A DNA stretch of 64,000 nucleotides, taken from assembly GCA_965645245.1 (NCBI GenBank), contig OZ287073.1:1240001-1304000 (forward strand). Reading direction: 5' to 3'. The DNA comes from Massalongia carnosa (lineage: Eukaryota). The notes under the pieces are model-generated. The model saw nothing but the letters and a program-made list of their open reading frames with translations. It was not told the DNA's origin and made no database searches. Below, piece after piece: positions 1 through 12,768 of the stretch (position 1 is its first letter; each line of letters starts with the position of its first letter). The position numbers and the translations under genes were made by a program.

Positions 1-589
1 GCTATTTTCGATCCGCCGCCGCTCGTCCAGCATGTATTCCTCTTCGGCCACGCCCGGGTTATTTTGCAACCGGTAGGCGGCAATATCGGAGCGCACGCTT
101 GGCAGAAGGTTTGCGCGCGCGCGGGCTTCGTGAATGGAGGAACGGATGCGTGCGGATTCGTGGCGGTGGTCAAGCAAGATTTCGCGGTGGCGGGCAAGGT
201 TGTTTTGTTTTAGGGCGGAGGCCGTAAGGACGGATTCTGAGTCGAGAAGGCGGGTGAGTTGGGAGATGAGGGCTTCGCGCTGAATAATAATAAGGGGACG
301 GTATTTTCAATGGGAGACTCTAAAAACGGAAAAGGGGATGGGTTTTTCTGAGCTTACTCTTTCTAGAATATCTTGGATCTGGGCCTCTGTCTTTTGCTCG
401 TCTTCAGAAGGTTTCGGGGCGATGTTTGAGGCTGTGGAAAACTGGGAGTAGGTGTGGAATAGAGCTTCCGTCTAGGTACAATTAGTTCATACCTTCAGGC
501 TGTAGTTTAAGCGGATAATCTACTTGAGATTCGAGAGTTCGAGCTTGTTGCCGGAGTTGCGCCCAACCGGTTCCTGTTGACGTCGACAT
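1..589 (-). CDS. GOS1: Golgi SNARE Gos1 (3' end runs off the window)
   Basis: Spliced manually: exons 589-524, 471-358, 279-<1 with GT..AG introns; MSTSTGTGWAQLRQQARTLESQ/TEALFHTYSQFS.../REALISQL resembles fungal Gos1 N-termini. Confidence 0.85.
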
Positions 590-817
590 GGTATTTCTCG
601 CGAACAAAAGCTATACAGGGATATACCGAAGTGCGACTGTATTGCATTCTGAGTTATGTAAGATATTGCAGGGGTATGAAGGAAAGTCACGGCAATCTTA
701 TTTGGGCATAGTAGATATTCGTTAAAGTACTACTAGCGCCAAGAAGCCGCACAAGTATCAAATTCCGAGCGACAACTACATCGACATACGCCACAACTAA
801 GATAGCTCTCTTCAACA

Positions 818-1541
818 ATGGTGTGTTGTTTCCCTCAATTGATAGACGATATATGCTAATACTGATGGCAGTCAACTGCTAAAGTGAAAGCCGGCCAGCT
901 CTGGGGCAAGAGCAAGGACGATCTAAAAAAGCAACTCCTGGATCTTAAAACCGAACTCGGCCAACTGCGCGTGCAAAAAATATCGGGCGGTAATCCGTCG
1001 AAACTCACAAAAATGTAGCCTTCTTATGCTTCTGTTTCCCTCCTTCTTTCCTTTCCGCGAAATTCTTCCCTCGTCCTGACAAAGGGGTATAACGAATCCG
1101 CTAATACTTATCACCTCCGATAGCCACGACCTCCGCAAATCCATCGCTCGCGTTCTCACCGTTATAAATGCCAATCAACGCTCGCAGCTGCGTATCTTCT
1201 ACAAGAATAATAAATATCTGCCCCTGGACCTGCGCCCGAAGCAAACGAGGGCGATTCGGAGACGCTTGTCGAAGCATGATGCTACGAGGATGTCGGAGAA
1301 GCAGCGGAAGAAGAACACGCATTTCCCTGTACGGAAGTATGCTGTTAAGGTACGTTATCTTAACGATACTTGCTCTCTACCTTTCCGGAGAAACTTGGGA
1401 CCTGCTTCCTGTGGCTTGAGTTTTGAAAAGGTTGGGGAAATGGACGGATGTTCGGGCTAGGAGGGAAAGGCGACACTTTAGAAAGGAAAGCATTTACTTT
1501 TGGAAATGGGTTACTAATTTATATTTTAGGCGGAGGCTTAG
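818..1541 (+). CDS. RPL35: 60S ribosomal protein L35 (uL29), 3 introns
   Basis: ATG-only first exon at 818, then [29 protein letters not shown]...[16 protein letters not shown]...[18 protein letters not shown]...[12 protein letters not shown] stop. Confidence 0.95.
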
Positions 1542-2212
1542 AACCCTCGTTGTATGAAAGGGAGACGACTGAGAGAGCGGATAGTTAGGGAGCAGTAAGG
1601 GATGATCAGATCAATACAAAAGTTGCCACCAACCAACAACCATTTTCTACCCTCGTCGACCTACGATGAACAACAGAGATTTTTTTCTATGGTTGTATCA
1701 ACTGTTTCTTAGCAGAATTGAGATCTTGAGTATCAACCCTGCCTTTCCCAATGCACATTTTAGGTTTCCAATACCATAAGAAGATTGGAAGCATGTTTAC
1801 TTTCGTGAATGTTTCATTTCTTAAACCCTATACTCCTTTACTGGTATCACAGCCGCAATGAAAATTCTAACTTGATTCCCCTTGACCAAAAGCAAGAGTG
1901 TGCTTTCTTACTATAACTTCTACTTCCTACCGGGTGTTCTTAGCAAATTTATTTCTGCCAAGCAGAAGTCTAGGTAAAGGTATATTCTCGAAGATTCTCT
2001 TCAATAGCAACACCTACCTAGCTTCCATCGCTGAAAAGCAGTTGGCTATCTATGGAGCACATTAGTGAAACAGCTAAGTACAGGGATATCTTAAAGCATT
2101 ATGTGCTTACACACCCTCAAGGCTGGTGTTTGTCTGCCTCCTCGACTTGGCACCATCTTCCCGCATTATCCTCACACGGTTCCAAACACCCAGAAGTGAC
2201 CGGCCAAAGTAT

Positions 2213-3002
2213 CTACAACGCAATAGCCAACCCCAAGATCCCAATAACACCTGCCAAACTTGCAGCAACCGCCTCCGTCAGATGAGCCGCATTGTTCGGC
2301 TTAGCTGACGACGATGAAGCTGTACCGGAAGTCTTACTCGCCGTGCTTCCGCTGCTTGTCGAGCTACTAGACGTTGCGCTTGCCTTACTTGCGCTTGTAA
2401 CCGACGACCCCGAAGAAGAGCCTGTATTCGTAGCCGCCGACGAGCCCGACCGTGCAGTCTCCGTCCCCGTTATGCTTGCCCCCGCAGCAGAATTTAACCC
2501 CCCATTTCCCCCCACAACTAAGTTCGCCGCGCTCGCTATCCCGCCAAATCCAGAATACGTATGCAGATAACTCTTCACATCGGTCGGTAGGGCATTGAAC
2601 CAGCTAGGCGACGAACCCGCCGCGAACGCCGTCTCGAAGCTGCGCGCGAACGTGGGGTCGTGCACGACTTGACTGATAAACGAGGGTGGTGCTGCAGTTT
2701 CAAGCACGGCCAACACGGAGGAGGTGGGCAGGGCAGCGGCAAGGTTGGAGGCTATGGGGCCGAGCTGCAGGAGGACGGCTGGGTCGGTGGGGAGGCTGAT
2801 TCCTGCCAATGAGGCCCTGTGCGGAAGAGAGTAAGCATTGTATTTGGGACATGGGGGAGGAGTTAAGGAAGGGATGGGGGAAGGTTTACAGTTGAATCAG
2901 CTCATTGAGATTTTGTCGTTTTTCCACCCGTTCCGGCTCGGCCAATGCCAATCCTGTTGAGGAAACCACAAGGGCAACTAGTGCAAGTGTATTTGCGAGC
3001 AT
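2213..3002 (-). CDS. Secreted Ser/Thr-rich, probably GPI-anchored cell-wall protein
   Basis: Signal peptide MLANTLALVALVVSSTGLALA from 3002, one intron (~2818-2889), PSWFNALPTDVKSYL motif, S/T-rich stalk, hydrophobic C-terminus (AVAASLAGVIGILGLAIAL). Confidence 0.75.
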
Positions 3003-4299
3003 TTTTGAACAGTATTTATTTGGTAACGCCTTTTTCTATTTTTCCGTTGGAAGGAGAAGGTTCAGTCTCGTACGCGGAGGCTTAAATATAGGTAATTGCT
3101 TTTACTGAAACGTAATTATAGAATATTTTTTTTGGATGGAGATTTAATGAGTGATGATGCTGAAGGAAAAGCAGAAAAAGTCAATTCACATAAAGTGTGA
3201 AGAAATCACTAACGGTAACTACGCCGTAACAAGTGACGAAGCCATGTATGGCCGGAGGTGGCAACACAACTCGGGATTTTTATACGCCCTGTCGATCTTC
3301 CAAGGCAGGCTGTGTAGTGGTGGAAAAGGAACCGGTTTTTCCGGGAAACAATCACTAACTTACGTCATTCGCATCGCATCATATAGGGGGCGTTTGCGAA
3401 AAAAGGGGCTACCACTTTTTTCCATTCTTTTTTTATTTGCCGGTTCGTTTGACGAGCCTTCCGCAATATGATTGTAAATACTGCTGCTTCCGACATTAAA
3501 ATCTTTTACTCTCAACTTAAATGCATTAATAAGAGCACCTAGTTATTCCTTCCCCTGGTACCACCCTTCCCGGGTAACCAGATCAGGCTTGAATCTAACC
3601 AACTACTCCCCAAGTTTCGCGACAGTCAAGCAAGTATCTTCATCATGGCTTATGCGTGTATGCATACATACACACCTACCTATTTCACAAACTCGCACAA
3701 TACCTAATTAACTACTCCAAGGAAAACAAAAGCGCATAACGACGAAATACTCATATCTATAGAAGGAGAACCGATGATGTCACATATGTAATAGGTACCC
3801 GTTTTGTTTGTGTGGGAGGGAGAGAGAGAAACATATGCCGGAAGAACAGAAACTTGGTGTTTATTGTGAGACGGCGACATAAGGCGAAAAGAGTCAAATA
3901 TTTTTCAGCTTACACCTAACCTATGTAAAACATCCAAATTATAGAGTACTAATCGTCGGCCTCGCTTAGCTGCCTCCATACTAGGTGTACCACCTCGAGT
4001 CAGGGAAAGCGGTCTCGTAGGCAAGTGGTCTACATAGTTTCAATTTCAGAATTTGTCTAAATTTACCCATTTTACCACCGTTAGCTGTTATTATTCATAC
4101 CATAGATAGAAATCAACTGCACATCCTAACTGCTCATTCATCAACCGGGAATGCATTATATTTTTTCCAATTTCACCAGTTTTATCCCCTATTTACAACT
4201 CATTTGCGACGCCGTCTCATCATGATTTGCAAGCTCCATTTGCTTTATTTTCAACCTCATTTGCAAATATTATTAATAAGTAGATATATATAAATTGCG

Positions 4300-7200
4300 C
4301 GTTCTAATAGTAACTCCTAGTCTGACGATAGCCCCTTGGTAAAAATTAAACTGCTCATCCTCATCACCCTCATCACCTTCATCATTCTCATCCTCATCAC
4401 CCTCATCACCCTCATCATTCTCATTATTCTCATCAAAAGCTATGAAGTTCGTCTGCTCACGAGTAGAATCATCTTCTATAACTCGTAGACTATCATCACC
4501 TATAGTATCCGTGATGAATTCGATCTCATCCCTATCTTCATCTGTCTCATCTGCAGTCTGCCCTTTCTTCTTTCTTGCCGCCTCCAGATCTAAATCTTTG
4601 GATCTGAAAATTGTCGGTTTGGAAAGTGGAGGTATGAATCTTCCTCGCCACCTCCATCTTCCAAATAGAGTTTGTCATCTTCCATTCTGCTTCGGGATCT
4701 TCAATGGGAGTCAGCTTATCAATAGGAATGATGACGCCTTGCCTGTCGAGCTCCTTGACTTGCTTTTGCCGAACTCTTTCATCTTTTCGCGCAGCAACTC
4801 CCTTGATGTGTATAGCATTACGTTCCATTCACCATATTCTCATGTAATTGTTGTGCTCCTTTCTTCTTTCCTCTCGTTCTTCTTTTACTTGCTTTTCGGC
4901 AATGACTCGTTCTGCGTCCTCCTTTGTGAGTCCTGACGCCTCCGAATAAGTAGATCTTATCCTCTTGCGAGAGGTTGCTTTGTGTAGCAATTCATCATTT
5001 CTCCTTTTGCGGATAACTTTCAGTTCGAAGTCGGTGAGATTTGATTTTGCAACAATCTGCTTCGCACTACAGTGAACCCTGGCTATAACGAATCGATGAT
5101 TCCATGAAAAAAATTCGTTATAACCAGTTTTCGTTATAACCTTAATTTCTACGAAAACATCTCATTTTCTACCTAAAATAGCTGGTAATGGTCATCTGCT
5201 TTCTAGTATTGATTTCCCCATTTAGCATAACCTGCTCCGAAGCATTCAAACGTTGAATCAGATCGATGTCGCCATCTTCCTGTTGCTCATGAAATGTACG
5301 TAGTATTCTCAAAGCTTGAATAGCTTCAGAGTATTTCACTGTAGGTTTGACGATCTCATCTTCATCCGATTCTTCAATTTGACCCTCGGCGTATGCATCC
5401 ACAATAGTATCAAGAATTTCATCATCATCATCATCCTCAATGATTTCTTCCGCGGGATTGAGACATCGTTCAATACTTATGACGTCTTGAATGCGATCAT
5501 TCTTCTTCAACTGCTGCAATGTAGTGCTCATCTCTTTTACTAGTTGATTGTAGTCTTCCGTCTCTTGATCAACTGCCTTCGACCAACCCTTTTCTTTCGT
5601 CCAGCCCATTTTCTTCGCTTGCAATTGCGTAGTAGGTCCGTAATTTGCTGAGAATACCAAAGACTTAATCCAGCAGTTGACGATAGTAGCGGGTTTGACG
5701 TCATACTCCCAAGCAGTCATTGACCAACGAATAGCTTGCAAAATATGCATGTTCTTAAAAGGATCTTTGTCCGCATCATACTGATCACATAAAAAGGCTA
5801 GCCATTTTCGCTTTTAGTGAGCCTTAAACGTCTTGATGATGCCTTGATCCAATGGTGTACTACGTATCAAGAATTTTTATCAGCTAATCCTAAAAGGGTA
5901 ATTGCCGAGGTCTAGTTATAGCGAATCACTAAGAAACTTTCTAAAATTGCTTACGAATTCGCAATAGGCCGACATTCGTTATTTTACATACAAGAATCGC
6001 TCATCCATGAAAAAAATTCGTTATAAGCCGAATTCGTTGGAAAAAGGTTCGTTTTAACCAGGGTTCACTGTATCAACAAACTGTTCAAACTCGTTTGGCC
6101 GATTATAATCACTCCACTGCGTAACATTCTGAATTTTTGGCAACCAATCAATCAGTCCCCTTTCAACATCATCGAAGGTTGGAGGTTGAATTCGTGCGGG
6201 CGACACTGGAAGGGGGGGATCCTCATTCGCGCGCTTCTGACCCGGCAGGTGGCCCCGCATCACCTGCTCACCCCGCAGCATTCGAATGGGCCCTTCAACC
6301 CCTGGGGCGGCGAATTTTTTAAGCTGTTTAATGCATAACCCCCTATTGATAGGGCACATTCCGGCCTTTCTAAAAGCAGATCGAATGGTGGAGCTTGTGA
6401 AAGTGTTGTCTCGTATTTTGGTGAGGTCTTGACAAAACCGAGTCAATGAATACTCGGTGTTGAACTCTGCAAGGACATCTTGGATAGCCTTATCATGCCA
6501 ATGCTTATAGGGTTGAAATACACCCACATCAAGGGGTTGCATACAATGAGTCAGATGTGGTATCAGGGGGAGAGGGCGAATGTGATTTTCATTGGCAAGC
6601 TTTATAAACTCAGGGGTGCAATGAGTCCCATGATTATCCATAAGAATCAATTTCCACTGCTTTGTAGGCCCCGAGTTTGTATTCGCAATGAAATACTTCA
6701 AAAAGTCAATGGCTATTTCATCGGTGATGAACCCACTTTCTGATACTTGAATCAGAGTCCCCGTGGGCAGCCCTTCTTGGAACCAGTTCTGCATTATTCT
6801 ACGACCTTGCATGATTAAAAGGGGGGGGGTTGGTTGGCGGCGTTGATGCTATGGATTATGGTGAGAGATTTGCGATTTTCTGGACTGATCGAATAGAACT
6901 CCTTAATATCTGATGGAACTAGTATTTCATGACCCTTCATACACCCAACTCGAAATCCTGCTTCATCAAAGTTCCAGATATCTTGTGAACGAATTATCCC
7001 CAACTCTGCAAGAACCCGCTGATATCGATCAAACCATGATCTCACATCTGACTCCTGAGCCGCAGTATATCGAACAACTGCCAGCGGCTTGGTCTTTATC
7101 TTGTGCAGGCCATTGTCTTTCCACCATTGCCTAAACCACCGCGGACTTGGACCATTGAATTCGGCATCTTGAGCACGTTTCAGAGTCTTAATGGCAGCAA

Positions 7201-7498
7201 AAATCACTTTATGAGTAGGTTGAATGCCATACGCAATCAGAGATCGAATGAATTCGTGAATGGCTCTGACCTGATGCTCCTCCAGTATTTTGTTCTGCCC
7301 TCCAATTTTCTTCCGCGGCGTCTTTTCACGTTCAATTGAACTATAAAGAGTGGTCTCGGCGAGGTTGAAGATTCGAGCAGCGCAAACGATGCTCTCCTTA
7401 GGGTTTTCTAGTAAAAACTGCTTAGCATTTTGCACGCGCGTTGCAATAGAATCACTGGCTTTAATAAGGTTCTTATTCATTACGCTGCTGCTATTCAT
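4300..7498 (-). pseudogene. Fot1/pogo transposase (HTH-CENPB + DDE_1), disrupted
   Basis: WNFDEAGFRVG, LILMDNHGTH and HLTHCMQPLDVGVFQPYK motifs; frameshift at the G9 run 6821-6829; interrupted by the 5070-6070 insertion; the frame resumes FVDSAKQIVAKS... with an in-frame TGA near 4830 and an acidic repeat tail. End coordinate approximate. Confidence 0.85.
5070..6070 (-). mobile_element. Non-autonomous Tigger/pogo-like element (internal deletion) nested in the Fot1-like transposase
   Basis: 23-bp TIRs CAGTGAACCCTGGCTATAACGAA / CAGTGAACCCTGGTTAAAACGAA (2 mismatches), TA on both sides (5068-69, 6071-72); retains only the transposase C-terminus PLDQGIIKTFKAH*KRKW...TIVNCWIKS...KQMTITSYFR. Confidence 0.9.
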
Positions 7499-8692
7499 GA
7501 TTGAGGTGGGGAGCGGTTGATGAAATAGGGAGAGAGTGATTGACGAAATAGGAGGCATGCAACTGATGCGGTCGCGATTGAATAAAGGTGAATATCCTGG
7601 TTAATCAATGAGTAGTTAGGATGTCCAGTTATGTGACGGTTCAACCAGGATGTGGAATTATCTACTGGGAAGCTATGCACTAAAAAATATCAAAGATGCA
7701 GAAAGGAAACAAGCAAAAGGTGCTCCCTCTAGGAGTCTATATAGATAATCGCTTTGCCTGATCCAGCTGTTTGTGTCTCCATCAATAAGTGAACAGTTTG
7801 GTCAAACAGTCTTTCTGCCCTTTGCCCCTTTCATCCATTTGTGTTTGCTTCAGAAGGTCGTTGCGTCCATTTCAGTCCTTTCAGACCTCCGTTGATTGCC
7901 CCTATGATTGCTAAAAGGGTTGAGTAACGGAAGCGGTTAGTGCGCCGGCAGATGCCGTACTTTCCTTTGATTGGCCTTGGGTGGATGTGGTTGAATCGTG
8001 ACAAGAAGTTAATATCTATCTATGGTATGAATAATAACAGTTAACGGTCGTAGGTTGCGGTCGAGAAGTGTTGCAAAAAGCTGCAAAATAGGTTGTAAAA
8101 TGGGTGAAATTGAAACTACGCAGATCGCTTGCCTAGGCAGCTAAGCGAGGCCGACGATTAGTTACATAGCAGAAACAAAACGTTCACCCTAACTGAAACT
8201 CCTCCGAAATACATACCAGCCGGGAACCCGTTTGCTGAAACAGAATTATTCCCTGGAACCAACTAGTTTAAAAACAGGATTGGAAACCTCGGCTCTAAGT
8301 TTGTACATACCCACATACCTTGAGTAAGAAACAGCCCAAAGAGGTACTCGTTATAAAAAACGCCCTCGTGAGATTACTAGAGAAATTCCTCTGCTTATGA
8401 CCATGGGCATGACCCCAGGGGAATGGTTTTCTTTGTTACGTGTAGGTATGCAGACGCTCAGTTCAGTGAAATCCATAACAGGGCTTCCTGGAAAGCTATT
8501 GGCGAGGGAGTTGCAATGTAGTTGTTAAATTTTGGGTGGTGTTGTAATAAGATAGGTATTCCCTGTCACAATCCATCGCTGAAAGATAAACTATATCATA
8601 ACCGTTCAAGATATTTTCGTGCTCCGGATCCGACAGAACTCCGTTTTCATATATACAAAAGTACTCGGTAGGCCATACACCCAAGTTCGTTT

Positions 8693-9403
8693 TCATACTT
8701 TACATAAACTGCTAGACAATAAAGCGCCCTCATTCCAGTCCCTACAACGGAAGGCAAAGAGCAAACATATGGATTGGAGGGGCCTTTCCACTTTGGGGCA
8801 ATCCTTGCACCAAGCCTGGCCGTGACTATTTCCGGGAGATGGATAGTGCGAAAGGGGTCCCGTGAGCTCCGTACAGAAATTAGAACGCTGGTTAGCGCAG
8901 AATACTACGATATCGTTGTCGTCGCCATATGCCTCAACCGTATACCCAAGACACTCATAAAGGGAACCGCAAACAGCACAATAAACTACTCCCTGAACCT
9001 CTGTTGGTTCGCCACATTGAAAATCTGTGTCCGGGTGTGTCAAAAACGCTTTTTGTTGAGTAAGAGTCTTTGGTTCTCTTAGTTTCTCTGCTACCAGCAG
9101 ATTGTTGGAGGCAGTATCTGACGTTAACGTAGATATGTCAGACACAGAGAGACACCCTCCTGGTACAGAATTACATTTTGGAGTCTCAGGACTGATGGAC
9201 ACACCCAAGTTATTTTTAGAGGGAGGAGCAGAAGTCAGATCAGCGGAGCTGGTGAAGAAATTGTCTGAAGTGATAGGGCAGTTTCCTTGCGTGGAATCAC
9301 AGAGAAAGGAGATATCATTTAGCGCTGTCGGAAACTTGTCGATAGGCGCTGATGCGACCGACGTAAGAAGGGCAGTGATCCAGCAGAGGGCGAGTTGCAT
9401 CAT
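8693..9403 (-). CDS. Putative secreted cysteine-rich protein (orphan)
   Basis: Signal-like MMQLALCWITALLTSVASAP, S/T/D-rich linker, many Cys in the C-terminal half; 3' exon structure uncertain. Confidence 0.55.
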   Translation of the reverse strand: MMQLALCWITALLTSVASAPIDKFPTALNDISFLCDSTQGNCPITSDNFFTSSADLTSAPPSKNNLGVSISPETPKCNSVPGGCLSVSDISTLTSDTASNNLLVAEKLREPKTLTQQKAFLTHPDTDFQCGEPTEVQGVVYCAVCGSLYECLGYTVEAYGDDNDIVVFCANQRSNFCTELTGPLSHYPSPGNSHGQAWCKDCPKVERPLQSICLLFAFRCRDWNEGALLSSSLCKV

Positions 9404-10116
9404 GGCGACTGGCGAAGGATTTGTGTGAGCAGCTGAAGAAAGATGGCTGCTTTCAGGTTTTATGTTAGTCTTCACATTCCGCTTCGAGCCGCGTTCAAGA
9501 CCGCACCATGACTGGGAATAACAATTATACGTCTAAGTAGTCGGTATGAAAACGGAAACAAAACAATCGGGAGACTTGAAGCCAGAGACATGCTTTCATG
9601 GCAAAATCTAGCCAACATCGTCCGAGCGAGTTGCTCCCTGTGTCTCAAAAATAGCTCGTCTTGGCTGCGGGTAGACGATATATCTAAGTAAAATTTTGGC
9701 AGAGTATCGGCAATGTGTTCATTAGGGTCCATTTCATCAAAAGAATGACTATTTGATGCTTTAGATGGTCAACAGACAACCATCATGGGGAAAACTGGAT
9801 CTTTCGTTTCGATGATTAATAACAAGATTTCCTAAACTAAAAGGTGAATCTGCAGTTAGACGTTTTTCGAACATTAGCAGCATGCGTCAAGCTGGGGGAT
9901 GAGGGTAGGAAGTCCGAAGTTCTGAAACCCTTCACTTCCTTTACGTCATTGCGTCATTTCGTTATTTTTGGCGAACTGAGAAACAAACCGCAAAGGGATT
10001 TCAGGAAAAACCCGATGCTCCGCTGCGGGGTATTTCGAGAGCTGTCGATGTTCACTCGTACTACTTTCCGACTCCCTCAAATCTCCCGTCAATTGCTTCC
10101 TTATCAGACACGCACA

Positions 10117-11391
10117 ATGGCTACTCTCAACACTAAGTTCAAGCTTAATACTGGCGCCGAGATTCGTGAGTTCCCTTTAACCCCCCACATCTGGTTTAGG
10201 ATACTTCTGACTCTGTTGCCAGCGGCTATTGGGTTTGGAACATGGCAAGATGCTGATGCTCAGGAAGACGCCGTGACGGAAGCTCTCAAAGCAGGATACA
10301 AGCACATCGATACCGCCAGAATGTAAAGTCATTTTGTTGAGCTCTCGACCGCAGATCGGCTAACACGGTCAAAGTTACGGCACAGAACCAGCAGTTGGCC
10401 GAGCGATCAAGAAAAGTGGTATTTCAAGGGATCAACTCTTCATCACCACAAAGCTGTGGAACAACAGCCACAACCCCGAAGACGTTGAAGTGGCGCTCGA
10501 TGCCTCCTTGAAAGACCTAGACACTGATTATGTCGATCTATACCTCATTCATTGGCCATCAGCCTTTGCGCCAGGTGAGGCGCTCATTCCAAAGGACAGC
10601 AACGGCAAGGTCCAGATGGGGAATGCAGATTATGTCGACGTATGACGCCCATTTCTCCTATCTAGCTCTGAGATAGCTTGCTGAAATGGGATCGTGTAGA
10701 CCTACAAAGCTCTAGAAAAGACTTTGAAGAGCGGCAAGACAAAAGCCATCGGCATCTCCAACTTTTCCCGCAAGGAGATTGATCGATTACTACAAGAAAC
10801 CAGCGTGGTCCCTGCGGTGCATCAGATCGAGCTTCACCCATGGTTACAGCAGAGAGAACTCGTCGAGTACCACAAGAGCAAAGGAATCCACGTTTCCCAG
10901 TACTCTCCGTGAGTCATGATTTCTGATTTCCCGGTAGTTTCTGGTAGGTTTGGTGCTCGTATTCTAATTAGATCAATCCAACAGCTTCGGCAACCAAAAC
11001 GAGATTTACGACAGCGGCAAGAAACTGGGGAAATTGATCGAGGAGCCCACCCTCGTCCAAATCGGCAAGAAATACGGCAAGAACGGCGCGCAAACCGCAT
11101 TAGGTGCGTCTCCCCTTTCTCTTCTCCGGGAATATAATCACTTGGTAATTTTACCCTAGCAATAACTAATAATTCAATACTCAATCTGCAGCATGGGGCA
11201 TCAACAACGGGCACTCAGTCTTGCCCAAAAGTAAAACTCCCGCACGCATCCGAAGTAACCTGGAAGCAGACTTCAAGCTCGAGCCCGATGACCTGAAGGC
11301 ATTGGAGGCGCTGGATAAGAAGCTTAGGTTCAATGATCCTTCGAAGAGTTTCGGGTGGGAATTCTACGTTGGGGAGGATGGGAAGAAGTAG
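10117..11391 (+). CDS. Aldo-keto reductase (Gcy1/Ypr1 glycerol dehydrogenase-like), 5 introns
   Basis: MATLNTKFKLNTGAEI/PAIGFGTWQ, GYKHIDTA, LFITTKLWN, YVDLYLIHWP, KAIGISNF, VHQIELHP, VLPKSKTPARI motifs; an in-frame upstream ATG lies at 10015. Confidence 0.92.
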
Positions 11392-12768
11392 AGCTTCTTG
11401 AATCTTGAGAGGGGAATTAACAGATGTGTTGCATTAAAGATCCTTTTTTATTAGGGCATTAGAAGTAGACTCGGTTGTGCTGGAAAGAATTCTTGCTTTT
11501 CGGACACATCTGTATCCTACCAAGTCCCCCCCACCGAAACAATGTGAATCACGGATTTCTTACTTTGATAGAGACACAATCTTAATAACAACCTTTTCGG
11601 ATTTCGGCTGTCATTAATGCCAGATTACGGCACTCTTTCTGAACCTCCTTGCAGAAAGATAAACACCACCCTCGCGTAAGGCCACTCAGGCCTCCTAAGA
11701 AGATGATGTCCTATTTGTGCTAAAGAGCTACAGGTCTCCCTTAACTTAGCTCTAAGTAGCATCTGCAAGAGCTTTTCGTATTCTCCGATTCTCGTATGTA
11801 CACTCCGGATTTCCCACACCACACCATTCTAGCGTCTTTACCGCCCCCCTGGCTGTGCTGTGGTAACCATCTATGCACTTTCAGAGATTCTTCTGGCTGT
11901 GAGATGAACAAATCAAGATCACAGAGTCGACAGCGGCAACGGTGGTTGAACCTTAACTGCGCTATACCCACACCATAGGTCCCTTCTATCGATCATATCT
12001 ATCAATCATATAAAGTGGTGATAGATAGCAAATCCTTCACAAGACCTACGACATAGACATACTTCATTTTTCTATTGCAAAACTCTCCCTCCAGTACAGT
12101 CGAGAGAAGTTTGGTAAAATCGCATAATCCAATCTCCTTAGAGGCATGGCTTGCTTTTAATTTCCACCACTAAGGCCAGAAGATTTATTTTGTTGTTTAC
12201 TCAACCTACGTTTCCCCAAGAAACAACGCCCAGAGGGTGTCTAGCCGCATATTCATCTACAGGCAGTCTCACATTCAGCAAGGTAAATATAGCACCACCA
12301 AAAACTTGGTGTAAACAAGGCTTCCTTATTAGGCATCACTTTTATCTCATTCTCTTTCTACCTCGCCAAAGCTTTAATCGGTGGTTACACCAACGGGAAC
12401 TCGTGACTTTTATTCCTCGCTGTAATAGTTTTAAGCTTAACATGGTGAAGGTTATCGGTGGGAGCTCAAGATAGGTGAATTGTGGAACCTTCACAATGGT
12501 TGACCGGGGGAATTCACCCTAGGGTAATGACTACGAGTGGCATATTTATTTCGGTGACCTGCACCTTCCATCACGATTAAGCCGATTACTCTTTCTTGTA
12601 AGCATCTTTTTGATGGCCACCGACTGGTGATTTATATACTTGCTGAAAGAATCTTATCCAACCTATAGTTTCATTCAGAGCTACAGTTACCTCCCGTATT
12701 CCAGCTTCCTATCTACGGCCCTTTTTGACAATCATTTGAGTTTTTGCTCGCTAGATCAAGAATTAGAG

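Larger units (their letters stand above)
3948..8162 (-). mobile_element. Fot1/pogo-family DNA transposon, inactivated, carrying a nested element
   Basis: 28-bp inverted ends ACTAATCGTCGGCCTCGCTTAGCTGCCT (from 3948; reverse complement ending 8162) plus further subterminal inverted similarity; TA on the right flank only; contains a pogo-type transposase. Confidence 0.85.
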
